A stretch of 64,000 nt of DNA, taken from assembly GCA_965261105.1 (NCBI GenBank), contig CBDHCM010000006.1:1970091-2034090 (forward strand). The letters are read 5' to 3'. A program made the position numbers and the translations under genes. The notes under the pieces were generated by a model. That model did not search any database. It was given only the letters and a program-made list of their open reading frames with translations, and had not been told where the DNA came from. Shown here piece after piece: positions 22,309 through 32,233 of this stretch (position 1 is its first letter; every line of letters begins with the position of its first letter). The stretch is from Candidatus Aldehydirespirator sp. (GTDB lineage Bacteria > Actinomycetota > Acidimicrobiia > Acidimicrobiales > Aldehydirespiratoraceae).

Positions 22309-23287
22309 GGTCCGCCTGCTCGTCGACAACGCTCTGCTGCTCGCTCTGGGGCTGCTCGTCTTGTTCTTCGCCAGCCAGAACGACAGGTTTGTGAGCTTCG
22401 ACAACTTCCGTCTGGTGGCGTTACAGGTCTCGATCATGGGGATCGTGTCGGTGCCGCTGGCTCTGCTGCTCATCAGCGGCGGCATCGACTTGTCGGTCGG
22501 CTCGATCATCGGTCTGGGCGGCATGACGAGCGCTAGCCTCCTCGACAGCGGCACGCCGGTGTCGGTTGCGGTGCTTGCAGGGATCCTCGCCGGCGCCGCG
22601 GTCGGTGTCGCCAATGGCGCGCTGTCGATCTTCACGAAGCTCTCGCCGATCGTGGTCACCCTCGGTGCGTTGGCCGCGGTGCGCGGCCTGACGTTCTACA
22701 TCAGCGCGGTTCCGATATTCGGGTTCCCGGACTCGTTCACGAACCTCGCGTCGGGGCGGATCCTGGGAGTGCCGATCCTCGTGCTCATCGCGGCCGGAGT
22801 GTTTGTGATCGGCTACCTGTTCCTCAACCGGACGCCGTGGGGCCAGCACGTCTACGCATTCGGGGTGAACAGCGAGGCGGCCCGTTTGGCGGGGATCTCC
22901 ACCCGGGTGCTGCCGTTCATGCTGTACGTGGCCACCGGCGCGGCCGCGGGCCTGGGCGGCTCGCTGCTCGTCGCCCGGCTGAACAGCGCGACACCGGGCA
23001 CGCTCGGGCTCGCCTTCGAGATCGACGTCCTCACCGCGATACTCCTGGGCGGGGTCGCGTTCGGCGGCGGCCGCGGCCGGCTCAGCGGTGTGCTCGTCGG
23101 GGTCGTGTTCCTCGGCGTCTTGTCGAACGGCCTGGTTCTGCTCGATGTCAGGTCGTTCACTCAGACACTGTTGAAGGGCATCGCCCTGGTGGCAGCCGCG
23201 GGGCTGGCCACGCTGGTGGGAAGGCTCGAGACGCGTGCTGCGCTGGCGGCCCGTTCGGCTGCCTCGGTCGGCGAGCAGGGCCGCTAG
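22298..23287 (+). CDS. Sugar ABC transporter permease (RbsC-like)
   Basis: ISGGIDLSVGS, NSEAARLAGI, LLGGVAFGGGRG. Confidence 0.9.
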   Translation: MLRRVRLLVDNALLLALGLLVLFFASQNDRFVSFDNFRLVALQVSIMGIVSVPLALLLISGGIDLSVGSIIGLGGMTSASLLDSGTPVSVAVLAGILAGAAVGVANGALSIFTKLSPIVVTLGALAAVRGLTFYISAVPIFGFPDSFTNLASGRILGVPILVLIAAGVFVIGYLFLNRTPWGQHVYAFGVNSEAARLAGISTRVLPFMLYVATGAAAGLGGSLLVARLNSATPGTLGLAFEIDVLTAILLGGVAFGGGRGRLSGVLVGVVFLGVLSNGLVLLDVRSFTQTLLKGIALVAAAGLATLVGRLETRAALAARSAASVGEQGR

Positions 23288-23415
23288 ACCGTCAACACCC
23301 CAACTACGCCGACCCCTCGAGTTACGGGTTGCCGCCCTCAATGCTCTCATGCAGCACCGGCTGCTGCGCGTTCGACATGGGCGCGGCCCATTCCCACTGC
23401 TCCGGTATGGGTCGA

Positions 23416-23811
23416 TCAGGGTCGCACTTCGATGAATCCGGCCGCGCTGAAGTCGCCGTCGAACGCGAGGGCCTCGGTGATCCGTTCGCGGCGCATGATC
23501 TCGAAGCTGGTGGCGTCCACATAGGAGTACTGCCGCTCGTCATGGCGCTCCAGCCACCGCCATGCCCGTTCGTCGACAGTCGAGTCGACGACCACGATCG
23601 ACACTCTCGGCGAGCTGCGCAGCATGGTCACGAAGTTGAGCGCCTGGGCGTGCCCAGCGCGCCGGCCCAACCATGTCCAGGTCTCGCCGACGACGAGATT
23701 GGATGTGCGGATCGGCCCGCGGTCGCCATGCCAGAGATGTGCGGCATCGGTGTGTCGGCGATCTGCGGGGACGAGCAGTCCGATCCAGAAGGACGTGTCG
23801 GCGAACTTCAC
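23416..23811 (-). CDS. vapC: VapC PIN-domain toxin
   Basis: FADTS, VVGET, YSYVDATSF, AFDGDF acidic PIN motifs. Confidence 0.9.
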   Translation of the reverse strand: MKFADTSFWIGLLVPADRRHTDAAHLWHGDRGPIRTSNLVVGETWTWLGRRAGHAQALNFVTMLRSSPRVSIVVVDSTVDERAWRWLERHDERQYSYVDATSFEIMRRERITEALAFDGDFSAAGFIEVRP

Positions 23812-24032
23812 GTCCCAGTTCCGTAGATGACCGCGTCGAGGTCGTCGTCGGGCTCGACGTCCACACTTCCGACCAGGCTGTCGAGGGGATCGGCGAACTC
23901 TTCGCTCTCAGAGGCGAGCGCAACCCGCACGGCGTCGCGCATGAGCGCCGAGCGCGAGATCCCCCGTCGGGCAGCCGCGCCCGACAGCGCTTCGTCGATG
24001 TCGTCCTCCAGATAAAGCTGTATACGCCGCAT
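23808..24032 (-). CDS. vapB: RHH/CopG antitoxin (VapB)
   Basis: MRRIQLYLEDD...GISRSALMRDAV; GTGA overlap with vapC. Confidence 0.85.
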   Translation of the reverse strand: MRRIQLYLEDDIDEALSGAAARRGISRSALMRDAVRVALASESEEFADPLDSLVGSVDVEPDDDLDAVIYGTGT

Positions 24033-24205
24033 AGAAGGAGTATACACCACCAGCTCGGCCATGCCCCATGACACAGGACGATGCGGCGGGCGCGAAGAGG
24101 AACGTGTCAGGCTGCCGACGGCGCAATGACCTCGGCTGTCGCTGCGCCGGGGTTGTGTTCCTCGGCGTCTACAGGAGTTCCTGTGTCAGCGCTGTCTTGC
24201 TGGTG

Positions 24206-24469
24206 TCACGATGTGCCGGCCAGCACTTCGACAGCTTCGTCGTCTGAGGCTTCGGTTGCTTCGTCGTCTGACGCTTCGGTAGCCGTGTCGTCTGACGGCT
24301 CCGAGTCGGCGTCTGCGCTCGGGCGGATTCGCTCTTTCACTCGGTTGGCGGTGTCCTTGACTGCAGCTACCGGATCGCTTGAGCTACGCCAACCACGATT
24401 CTTGATCCACTTGGAGCCGACGGCGAATGCCGCAGCGCCTGCGAGCACGGCCGCAAGTATCTTCTTCAT
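24206..24469 (-). CDS. Small membrane-anchored protein with acidic repeat tail
   Basis: MKKILAAVLAGAAAFAVG anchor; TEASDDEA repeats. Confidence 0.6.
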   Translation of the reverse strand: MKKILAAVLAGAAAFAVGSKWIKNRGWRSSSDPVAAVKDTANRVKERIRPSADADSEPSDDTATEASDDEATEASDDEAVEVLAGTS

Positions 24470-24558
24470 TGGGCAACTTTCTGATGGTGAGTTCTGATGG
24501 TGAGTGTTGAGAGCATACATGTGTTTGCCAGCGCTTCGACGCTGTCGAGGGACCGTTT

Positions 24559-24952
24559 CTAGCTCGTGTCGGCGAGGAAGTCGGTGAGGGCGTGGCGGTC
24601 GGCGATGCCGGGCCGTCGACCGCACTCTCCAGGCCGAGCAGTCCTGAACCACGTCGGTCAGACCGGCGGCCAGCTTGGCGCGGGCGGAGAGCCTTCGACG
24701 GGCCGAGTATCCGAGGGCGGGCACGGCGTACAGGCGTCGAGCCCCGGCAAGGTCCCCGCGGTCGGTGTTGAGGATCCGGCCAGCCTCAGCGACTGTCATG
24801 TCGTGGTGGTCGTCGCGGCGCAGCATCCGCAGGGCGTCGCCTGTGCCTATGTCGCCGCACACCAGCACACGGCACAGGAACCCGGTGAAGCCGGTGTCTT
24901 GCACCATGGCTGCCATGTCGGTGCGGCCGAAGCGTGCCGCGAGCTTGCGGCA
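24559..24952. repeat. Mosaic of duplicated gene 3' ends (Rieske gene, RHH antitoxin, MOSC gene)
   Basis: 24559-24615 matches 29228-29285; 24612-24655 matches 62845-62888; 24680-24952 matches 28392-28664. Confidence 0.9.
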
Positions 24953-25065
24953 TCCACGCGGTCGGTTCTTGTTGTATTGCAGCTTGCTTGCAGATAGACC
25001 ACCATCTTCGCAGGAACGTGACGCAGCTAAGGTTATGCTTGTGTTCAACCCACGAGGAGGTTCCG

Positions 25066-26364
25066 ATGCTTCTCCGCTTCGAGGTCGGCAATCATCGTTC
25101 AATCTGCGAGTCGGTCGAGTTGTCAATGGTTGCGATGGACAAAGATCGCGCTGCGGCTCGCCAGCTTGAGGGAATCGACGAGAGGGTTCTGGCCGTTGCT
25201 GGAATCTACGGCGCCAACGGGTCGGGCAAGACCAACCTCATCGACGCGCTCGCGTGGCTGTCTCACGCGGTAGGGGTGTCGTTGCGATCCTGGGAGGACG
25301 CGGTCCCTTGTGACCCGTTCAGCTTCGCGTCCGGGCCACCGAAGCCGTCGTACTTCGGGATAGAGCTGGTCGTCAGCGGCGTGCGGTACCGCTACGAGCT
25401 GGAGGTAGACGAGTCCAAGGTCGTCTTCGAGGCGCTCTACAGCTATCCGCGGCAACGCCGTCGCACACTCTTCGAGCGTGATGGCGACCCTCCGGTGTTC
25501 CGGCGCGGCACACGCTTCACCGGCGGCGGGCGCGAGCTGATCACGCCGACAACATTGGTCATTTCCGCTGCCAGCCGACTCACCGAGGAAATCGACCGTG
25601 TGGCGCGTTGGCTGCGCGGCATCAACTTCGTAGGCCTCTGGCCTCGAGCGTTCCTCGGCAGGGAGGCTCGCTTGTACCGACCGAGCTTCCGGTGGACGCC
25701 TCACGGCTGGGACGACTTCCTGGTTGACGTCTTCGACGAAGCGCCGTCGCGGCGCCAGCACGACAGTGGCGCGCCCGCGGGCAAGAACCGCCATCAGCAT
25801 CGCGATCTGGCCTTGGCGATGCTCATGTTTGCGGATCTGGGGGTCCAGGGCGTGGAGGTGGTCGACGAAGCGCCGAGTCCTAGCCGTGGCGGTCGCAGGC
25901 TCAGGCTTCTGCACGATGTCTCCGGCGATCCGCGTCCTCTGGAGCTCGGTGATGAATCCGATGGGACCCTCACCTGGCTCGGCTTGATTCCTGAACTGCT
26001 CGCAGTGCTGGAGGAGGGTGGTGTCATCGTGGTCGACGAGCTCGATTCCAGCCTGCACCCGGTGATCTCCGGCAAGCTCGTGGAACTGTTCCAAAATCCC
26101 TCGACCAACCGTCACGGCGCCCAGATCATCTTCACCACCCACGACACAAGCCTCCTCGGCTGCCTCAACCGCGACGAAGTCTGGCTCACGTCCAAGAGAC
26201 GCGACGGCAGCACAGAGTTGACAGCGCTGTCTGACTTCCGCAGCACCAGCGTCCGACGTTCCACGAACCTCGAGCGCGGCTACTTGCAAGGTCGCTTCGG
26301 CGGAATCCCGGTAGTGGACCAGTACCGAGTTCGCGAGGCTCTGGGCGTCGCGGCCCAAGGCTGA
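25066..26364 (+). CDS. AAA_21/ABC-type ATPase (RloA/AbiLi-like)
   Basis: MLLRFEVGNHRSI, IYGANGSGKTN, ESDGT, VDELDSSLHP, QIIFTTH, YLQGRFGGIP; GAGGAGG RBS. Confidence 0.88.
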   Translation: MLLRFEVGNHRSICESVELSMVAMDKDRAAARQLEGIDERVLAVAGIYGANGSGKTNLIDALAWLSHAVGVSLRSWEDAVPCDPFSFASGPPKPSYFGIELVVSGVRYRYELEVDESKVVFEALYSYPRQRRRTLFERDGDPPVFRRGTRFTGGGRELITPTTLVISAASRLTEEIDRVARWLRGINFVGLWPRAFLGREARLYRPSFRWTPHGWDDFLVDVFDEAPSRRQHDSGAPAGKNRHQHRDLALAMLMFADLGVQGVEVVDEAPSPSRGGRRLRLLHDVSGDPRPLELGDESDGTLTWLGLIPELLAVLEEGGVIVVDELDSSLHPVISGKLVELFQNPSTNRHGAQIIFTTHDTSLLGCLNRDEVWLTSKRRDGSTELTALSDFRSTSVRRSTNLERGYLQGRFGGIPVVDQYRVREALGVAAQG

Positions 26365-26366
26365 GC

Positions 26367-26999
26367 GTGGCATCCCGCCGACGAGGCGAAAGGCCGCTGC
26401 GACGCCGCGCCCCGCAGATCGATGAACTAGCCTGCTTCGTCATTTTCTGTGAGGGCGAGCTGACTGAACCGCTGTACCTGAAGGCGTTTGCCTCCCTTCA
26501 GCGGGTTCGCAGCGTTGCGACACTGGATATTCGTGGAATGGGATGCGAACCGCGCAAGCTCGTGGAAGAAGCCAGGGCTGCGAAACGCAGCGAACGCGGT
26601 CAGTCGACCGGGTCCACGAAGTACTGGTGCGTGTTCGACGTGGAAGCGCCTACGCGGCATGCGCGGCTGAACGAGGCGGTCCATATGGCTCGCGACAACG
26701 GCATCAGCGTGGCGATCTCCAATCCCTGCTTCGAATTGTGGCTGGTACTCCACTACACCGACCACGAGCGCTGGATCGATAACGACGACTGTGGCAGTCT
26801 CCGTCGTCGACAAGACAGCTCGCAGGGCAAGAGCGTCGACGGCGCTGCCTACATGCCGCGGCGACACCAGGCCATCAAGCGGGCCAGACGGCTCGCGATG
26901 CTGCACGCCAGCGCCAACCGAGAACTCCCCGACGACAACCCGTCCTCCAGCTTGTACCGCCTACTGGAAGCCATTGATCCAATTGAAGACCAGCCATAG
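26367..26999 (+). CDS. RloB family protein
   Basis: IFCEGELTEPLY, WCVFDVE, ISNPCFELWLVLH, NPSS. Confidence 0.9.
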   Translation: MASRRRGERPLRRRAPQIDELACFVIFCEGELTEPLYLKAFASLQRVRSVATLDIRGMGCEPRKLVEEARAAKRSERGQSTGSTKYWCVFDVEAPTRHARLNEAVHMARDNGISVAISNPCFELWLVLHYTDHERWIDNDDCGSLRRRQDSSQGKSVDGAAYMPRRHQAIKRARRLAMLHASANRELPDDNPSSSLYRLLEAIDPIEDQP

Positions 27000-27012
27000 C
27001 GCCAGTGCGCGA

Positions 27013-27105
27013 TCACATCCAGTGCAGGATGGCCTCCGCGAACCTCGGCTTGAGCGACAGGACAACCATCCGGTCTTGATCGAGCTCCTGCATGTCCTCA
27101 ATCAT
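27013..27105 (-). pseudogene. N-terminal remnant of an ASCH-domain protein
   Basis: VVLSLKPRFAEAIL resembles an ASCH N-terminus, then a premature stop. Confidence 0.45.
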
Positions 27106-27361
27106 GCCGCCTAATCCCTTCCTCGCAGAACGCCGCCGACGATTCCACAGCCGGCGACCTCGGGCCTCAGCGTCCGATTGAGGAGGGCCAGAACACTCTG
27201 GCGGGTGTGCTCGGCGGCGAAGCGGTCGTAGGCCAGGCCCGCACCTTGACCGGGAGGTGGGGGCTGCCGCGGTCCCAGACGAGACGGCCGCTACGATCGG
27301 TCGCGTCGGATGCGGTGGACCCGTCACGATGCGCCCAGCAAGAGCGAGGAGGAGGAGGAGC

Positions 27362-27577
27362 ATGTCAAGCGATCGCGACACCTACAAGTACCAGTTCGTC
27401 GGCCCCGACAGGCGGATCAAGCACAGCGGCATAACGAACGATCTAGAACGCCGCGAAAGGGAGCTGCGCCGCGAGTACGGCCAGGGCGACATCCGCCAGG
27501 TCGGGCACAGGACCACCCGCGAGGCCGCCCGCGAGTGGGAGAAGAGCAGGCCCACCGCGGGTCGGTCGGGCCCCTAA
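27362..27577 (+). CDS. 71-aa minimal GIY-YIG-like protein
   Basis: TYKY...HSGITNDLERRERE...AREWE; (GAG)5 RBS at 27346-27360. Confidence 0.65.
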   Translation: MSSDRDTYKYQFVGPDRRIKHSGITNDLERRERELRREYGQGDIRQVGHRTTREAAREWEKSRPTAGRSGP

Positions 27578-27653
27578 CAGGCGCAAACCCCGTTGGGTTC
27601 CAGTTCTCATCCACCGGCCGAGGGGCTCTCCCCGAGCCGGGGAAGGCTGCCGC

Positions 27654-28148
27654 GTCGGCGAGGAAGTCGGTGAGGGCCTGGCGGTAGGCGATGCCGGGCC
27701 GGTCGTGCTTGGTGTGGGCCTGGAGTCTCGCGTCGGGGGGGAAGGCCGCGGGCAGCGTTTCGAGGACGGCTTTGTCCTCGAGCTCTACGGCCAGCTCGAA
27801 GTCGATGATGGACTGCCGGTCGATCGAGTCGGCGAGGTCGTTGCGCAGCACCGTCAGGTGGACGTCGGTGACGCCGTCCTGCACCGGGCAGCACCCTTTC
27901 CCCGGGATGTGGGTGCTGCCGTCGGAGTAGTGCATCCGCCCCACCTGCACGAACGGCAGCCACATCTCGGTCACCGACCGCCTGCTGCCCGGTCGTTGCG
28001 AAGTGGGAGCGCGGGCGACCGGCATCTTCCCGTAGCTGATCGAGATGCCGAAGGAGGAACGCTGCACCGATCCGACCGGCACACGCGGGTCTTGATCCGC
28101 GCCGAAGGAGCCCGAGTGGACGAATGCAACGTGGGTGGAGTCGGTGTT
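27654..28148 (-). pseudogene. Duplicated 3' half of the Rieske oxygenase at 29228
   Basis: Colinear match to 29237-29731; lacks the Rieske domain. Confidence 0.9.
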
Positions 28149-28151
28149 TGG

Positions 28152-28270
28152 CGAAGGCGGCTGCTGACGCCGACGACCGGTCCGTGTCGTCATGGACTCG
28201 CCGGGCCGTCGACCGCACTCTCCAGGCCGAGCAGTCCTGAACCACGTCGGTCAGACCGGCGGCCAGCTTG
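28152..28270 (+). pseudogene. 3' remnant of an RHH antitoxin gene (paralog of 62644..62880)
   Basis: 28152-28248 matches about 62793-62888; tail shared with 24612-24677. Confidence 0.8.
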
Positions 28271-28382
28271 TCGCGGACGGCCGTCTGGGTAACAGTCGGA
28301 GCATGCATATGGATGGTTGGACCGGCGCCGCAGCGGCGCTCGAGGCCACACCGGCCGGCGTCGGCTGCTCCACTGGGACGTT

Positions 28383-29063
28383 CTAGGCGAGGCGGGCGGC
28401 GAGCCTTCGACGGGCCGAGTATCCGAGGGCGGGCACGGCGTACAGGCGTCGAGCCCCGGCAAGGTCCCCGCGGTCGGTGTTGAGGATCCGGCCAGCCTCA
28501 GCGACTGTCATGTCGTGGTGGTCGTCGCGGCGCAGCATCCGCAGGGCGTCGCCTGCGCCTATGTCGCCGCACACCAGCACACGGCACAGGAAACCGGTGA
28601 AGCCGGTGTCTTGCACCATGGCTGCCATGTCGGTGCGGCCGAAGCGTGCCGCGAGCTTGCGGCACGGGCTGCGGGGCTCGGTCACCTGGATGACGCTGGT
28701 CCCGGCCTGGAGCACGTCGCCGACGCGCACCTCGGTCTCGACGAGGCCGACGGTTGTGAGGTTCTCGCCCATCGCGCCGGCGTCCGGAAGTTCGAGGCCG
28801 AGTCCGCCCCAGTGGGGGTAGTGCTCCTTGGGGTAGGCGAGCAGAGCGAAGTCCGGCCCGCCGTGGTCCTTGTAGACGTGCTCGTCGCCCGGCAGGCCGA
28901 GCGGGCCGACAGCGACGCGGCCCCGCACCGGGGTCTTGATGAACGCGCTCACGATCTTGCGGCTGCCTGAGCCGATCTCTCCGACAGAGCCGACGCACAC
29001 CGCTTCGACGGTTCCTGCGATGTCGGGCACGGTCCCTGCGGGCGCCGCAGCAGAAGAGGTCAA
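28383..29063 (-). CDS. MOSC domain protein (YiiM-like)
   Basis: SAFIK, HGGPD, MGENLT, EPRSPCRKL, GFTGFLCRVL. Confidence 0.9.
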   Translation of the reverse strand: MTSSAAAPAGTVPDIAGTVEAVCVGSVGEIGSGSRKIVSAFIKTPVRGRVAVGPLGLPGDEHVYKDHGGPDFALLAYPKEHYPHWGGLGLELPDAGAMGENLTTVGLVETEVRVGDVLQAGTSVIQVTEPRSPCRKLAARFGRTDMAAMVQDTGFTGFLCRVLVCGDIGAGDALRMLRRDDHHDMTVAEAGRILNTDRGDLAGARRLYAVPALGYSARRRLAARLA

Positions 29064-29227
29064 TCGATCACCACGAGCGAGAGGCTACCGGCGGCAGTGC
29101 GCGGCGATGAGACAGCCCAAGCCGCAGCGTCCGTGACCAACTGCTGAACGCCGCCGGCCAGGGTCTGGCCGTTTCGCAGGTGCGAGGGCGCGTCTGGGTG
29201 CCGGCAGGCGCCATTGGTGTGACGCTG

Positions 29228-30250
29228 TCAGCTCGGGTCGGCGAGGAAGTCGGTGAGGGCGTGGCGGTAGGCGATGCCGGGCCGGTCGTGCTTGGTGTGG
29301 GCCTGGAGTCTCGGGTCGAGGGGGAAGGCCGCTGGAAGGGTTTCGAGGACGGCTCTGTCCTCGAGTTCCACGGCCAGCTCGAAGTCGATGATGGCTTGCC
29401 GGTCGCTCGAGTCGGCGAGGTCGTTGCGCAGAACCGTCAGGTGGACGTCGGTGACGCCGTCCTGCACCGGGCAGCACCCTTTGACCAGGATGTGGGTGCT
29501 GCCGTCGGAGTAGTGCATCCGTCCCACCTGCACGAAGGGCAGCCACATCTCGGTCACCGAGTGTCTGGTGCCCGGTTGTTGCGAAGTGGGTGTGCGGGCG
29601 ACCGGCATCTCGCCGTAGCTGATCGTGATGCCGAAGGAGGAACGTTGCACCGATCCGACCGGCACACGCGGGTCTTGATCCGCCCCGAACGAGCCCGAGT
29701 GGACGAACGCGACGTGGGTGGAGTCGGTGTTGTTGTCGATGATGGCGGCGGCGCTGGCGTGGTAGCGGATCACTCCGATCTCGATGCGGTCGAACCGGGA
29801 GTCCTCGAACTCGGGGATGGTCGGGATCGGGGCCGGCGGCTGCGGCTCCAGGGAGATCCAGGCCAGGCCGTGGGCCTCGACCGTGGGCAGCACCTGCAGG
29901 CACGCCGACGTGGGCAGCGACGCCCCGGCCTCCAGCTGCGGGATCTCGACCACGGCGCCGTCGGGCCCGAACTGCCAGCCGTGGTATGGGCACACGAGCC
30001 GGCCGTCGGTGACGGTGCCCTTGGAGAGCTGAGCCCAGCGATGCGGGCATCGATCCAGAGCCGAGCGCAGCCGCCTGTCCGGCGTGCGCCACAACACGAC
30101 CTGCGTGCCCAGCAGCGTCCGAGCCGCAGGTGCCGTACCAACCTGCGAGGAGAAAGCCACGGGGTGCCAACACCGCCGCAGCCGGGAGGACCGGCACACC
30201 AGCAACACACCGTCGCCGAACTCGGTCGCAGGATCCGACGAAGTCGTCAC
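29228..30250 (-). CDS. Rieske non-heme iron oxygenase (VanA/demethylase-like)
   Basis: WHPVA, DRCPHR...CPYHGWQF, DNNTDSTHVAFVH, EDRAVLE; start uncertain (30250-30337). Confidence 0.9.
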   Translation of the reverse strand: MTTSSDPATEFGDGVLLVCRSSRLRRCWHPVAFSSQVGTAPAARTLLGTQVVLWRTPDRRLRSALDRCPHRWAQLSKGTVTDGRLVCPYHGWQFGPDGAVVEIPQLEAGASLPTSACLQVLPTVEAHGLAWISLEPQPPAPIPTIPEFEDSRFDRIEIGVIRYHASAAAIIDNNTDSTHVAFVHSGSFGADQDPRVPVGSVQRSSFGITISYGEMPVARTPTSQQPGTRHSVTEMWLPFVQVGRMHYSDGSTHILVKGCCPVQDGVTDVHLTVLRNDLADSSDRQAIIDFELAVELEDRAVLETLPAAFPLDPRLQAHTKHDRPGIAYRHALTDFLADPS

Positions 30251-30492
30251 GAAGCCGCATAGTGGCACGCGAGCGACACCCGCAGCCACCTCACTCCGAC
30301 CAACCGAGACACCAGCGCGACGGAATATTCTCAACACTCCAATGAATGGTCGCCTGTCGGGTTCCGTCAGGAGTGCGGCAGAAGTCGGTCTGAGGCGGGA
30401 TCCGGGGCATCCATATCGGGCCCCGAGCTCCCGACCTTCGGTCCCCCTTCTTTGCGGAAGGCGGTTTCAGCTAGTACCAACCTGTACGTAAG

Positions 30493-32127
30493 CCTGAATC
30501 CACCGACGGGTTTGTGGGATCGACGGTTGGGGCCGGTTGGCCGCTGGGCTGGTGCGTGTGTGCGGGCCGGCGCGTTTTGGGGCGTGCGAAACTGGAGTGC
30601 GGGGCTGGTGCGGGTTGGTGGCGCTGGGGGTGCTTGTTGGCTGCGTCGGGCCGGGGCGGCCGCTTAGATGAGCAGGGGCAGGTTGCGGATCCGGTCGAGG
30701 GCTGTGGTGAAGGCCGTGGCCCATGGCCAGTTGAGCGGCAGGCGCAGTCTGTGGCGGCCGCTGTGGTTGACGAGGCGGCCGGGCACGGCGAGGAGCCGGT
30801 TGCGGATGGTGGCCGCGACGGTGAGCTGCGCTGTGGGGTGGGCGCGGCCGAGGCGGGCGGTCCAGCGGGCGAGGTTGTGGGCGAGCACGCAGCAGGCGAG
30901 CCAGGCGCCGTTGGCGGGGAACTGTCTGGAGGGGCAGCGGCTGAGCCCGGAGTTCTCTTTGAGGTCGCGAATGGCGAGTTCCACGGTGGCGTGGCCGCGG
31001 TGGTAGGCGTCGGCGGCGACGGTGTCGAGGTCGGCTCGGTCGGTGACGAAGCAGTGGTGGCGCCAGTTGGGCCACAGCTGGGCTTGGGCGCCGATCAGGC
31101 GGGTGCGGCGCACGACGAGCCGCAGCTTGGCCCGCTCGCCGTCGGGGCCGCGGAGCTTGTCGCCGCGGCGGCCGGGGTCGATGGTGGTCTCAGCCACCTG
31201 GGCCTGCGCGCCGCGGGTGTAGGCGATCGCCTGCCAGGCGTCTTCGCCGATGGCCGCTACAGCTGCTTTGACCTTGGCGTTCTGTGGGATCGTGATCGAG
31301 TAGCGCGCGTTGTGGGCCCCGATGTCTGCGATCATCCCATAGGAGAAGAACCCCGCATCGGCGCGCACCGCGACCGCCGCGTCCGGCGCCAGGCGCCGCA
31401 CCCGGGCCAGGGCCTCGCGCGCGAAATGCTCGTTGCCGCGCTGCGACGATCCCGACCGCATCGCGGAGTGCAGCACCTCGCCGGTGTCTGATCGCACCGC
31501 CACCAGCGGGTGATAGCCCAACACTCCGGTGTGGCCGTACGCGGCGCCGTGCTTGGCCTTGGCGCACACCTCGCAGATCGTGGAGTCCAAATCCACGGTC
31601 ATCTCCGCGGCCGGCGCGGCGCCCACAGACCACGCCCGCACCAGCGCCTGCTCGGCCGCCTTGTCGAGCTGGCGCACATGCCCGAACATGAACGACCGCA
31701 AGAACGACCCCACAGTCGACGGTGCCATCACCCGAAACGGCAGCACCGCCTGCGACGCCGCGGCCCCCAGACGGCCGGTGTCGTCGATGCAGCGGCCGCC
31801 CACCAGCATCGACGCCACCAAAGTCAACACCTTGGGGCCCGCTCCCGAGCCCGCCGAGCCCGGCGGGCGCACCGTCTCGTCGATCAGCGACTCCAGCCCA
31901 AGGCGATCCATCACCGTGCCCGCCGGCAACAACCCCGCATCGGCCACCAAAGAAGCGTCGTCGAACACTGCCTCCAACCCGTCGATCCCGCCCGCTATGC
32001 TCCTCACAGGAAGTGCCTCCTCACGCAGCTGGAATAACTGTCGTTATTAACAGTGTTCTGCCACGTCAGGAGGCATTTCTGGTGGATGCTCCAACCCCAC
32101 AAACCCCACCGCGCCGGTGGATCCAGG
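30493..32127 (-). mobile_element. IS1380 family insertion sequence, copy 1
   Basis: TIRs CCTGAATCCACCG/CGGTGGATCCAGG; 5-bp target duplication GTAAG at 30488-30492 and 32128-32132. Confidence 0.95.
30664..32007 (-). CDS. IS1380 family DDE transposase
   Basis: VDLDST, GYHPL, VRADAGF, VELAIRDLK, NGAW...AHNL. Confidence 0.93.
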   Translation of the reverse strand: MRSIAGGIDGLEAVFDDASLVADAGLLPAGTVMDRLGLESLIDETVRPPGSAGSGAGPKVLTLVASMLVGGRCIDDTGRLGAAASQAVLPFRVMAPSTVGSFLRSFMFGHVRQLDKAAEQALVRAWSVGAAPAAEMTVDLDSTICEVCAKAKHGAAYGHTGVLGYHPLVAVRSDTGEVLHSAMRSGSSQRGNEHFAREALARVRRLAPDAAVAVRADAGFFSYGMIADIGAHNARYSITIPQNAKVKAAVAAIGEDAWQAIAYTRGAQAQVAETTIDPGRRGDKLRGPDGERAKLRLVVRRTRLIGAQAQLWPNWRHHCFVTDRADLDTVAADAYHRGHATVELAIRDLKENSGLSRCPSRQFPANGAWLACCVLAHNLARWTARLGRAHPTAQLTVAATIRNRLLAVPGRLVNHSGRHRLRLPLNWPWATAFTTALDRIRNLPLLI

Positions 32128-32233
32128 GTAAGAGCGCGTTTAACGTGGCATCTTGACAAAATCGGGCTACCAATCTGTACCTGTGGATAACCGCCAATAT
32201 CGGATCGTTGTTAGACGCTCGGGCATCTCGACA

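Noticed and set aside
24206-25126. 306-aa ORF
   Set aside because: Accidental read-through of MOSC and antitoxin fragments into the small protein starting at 24469
32153-32189. TTGACA plus a perfect DnaA box (TGTGGATAA) as a replication origin
   Set aside because: Single box; no dnaA, rep gene or box cluster nearby
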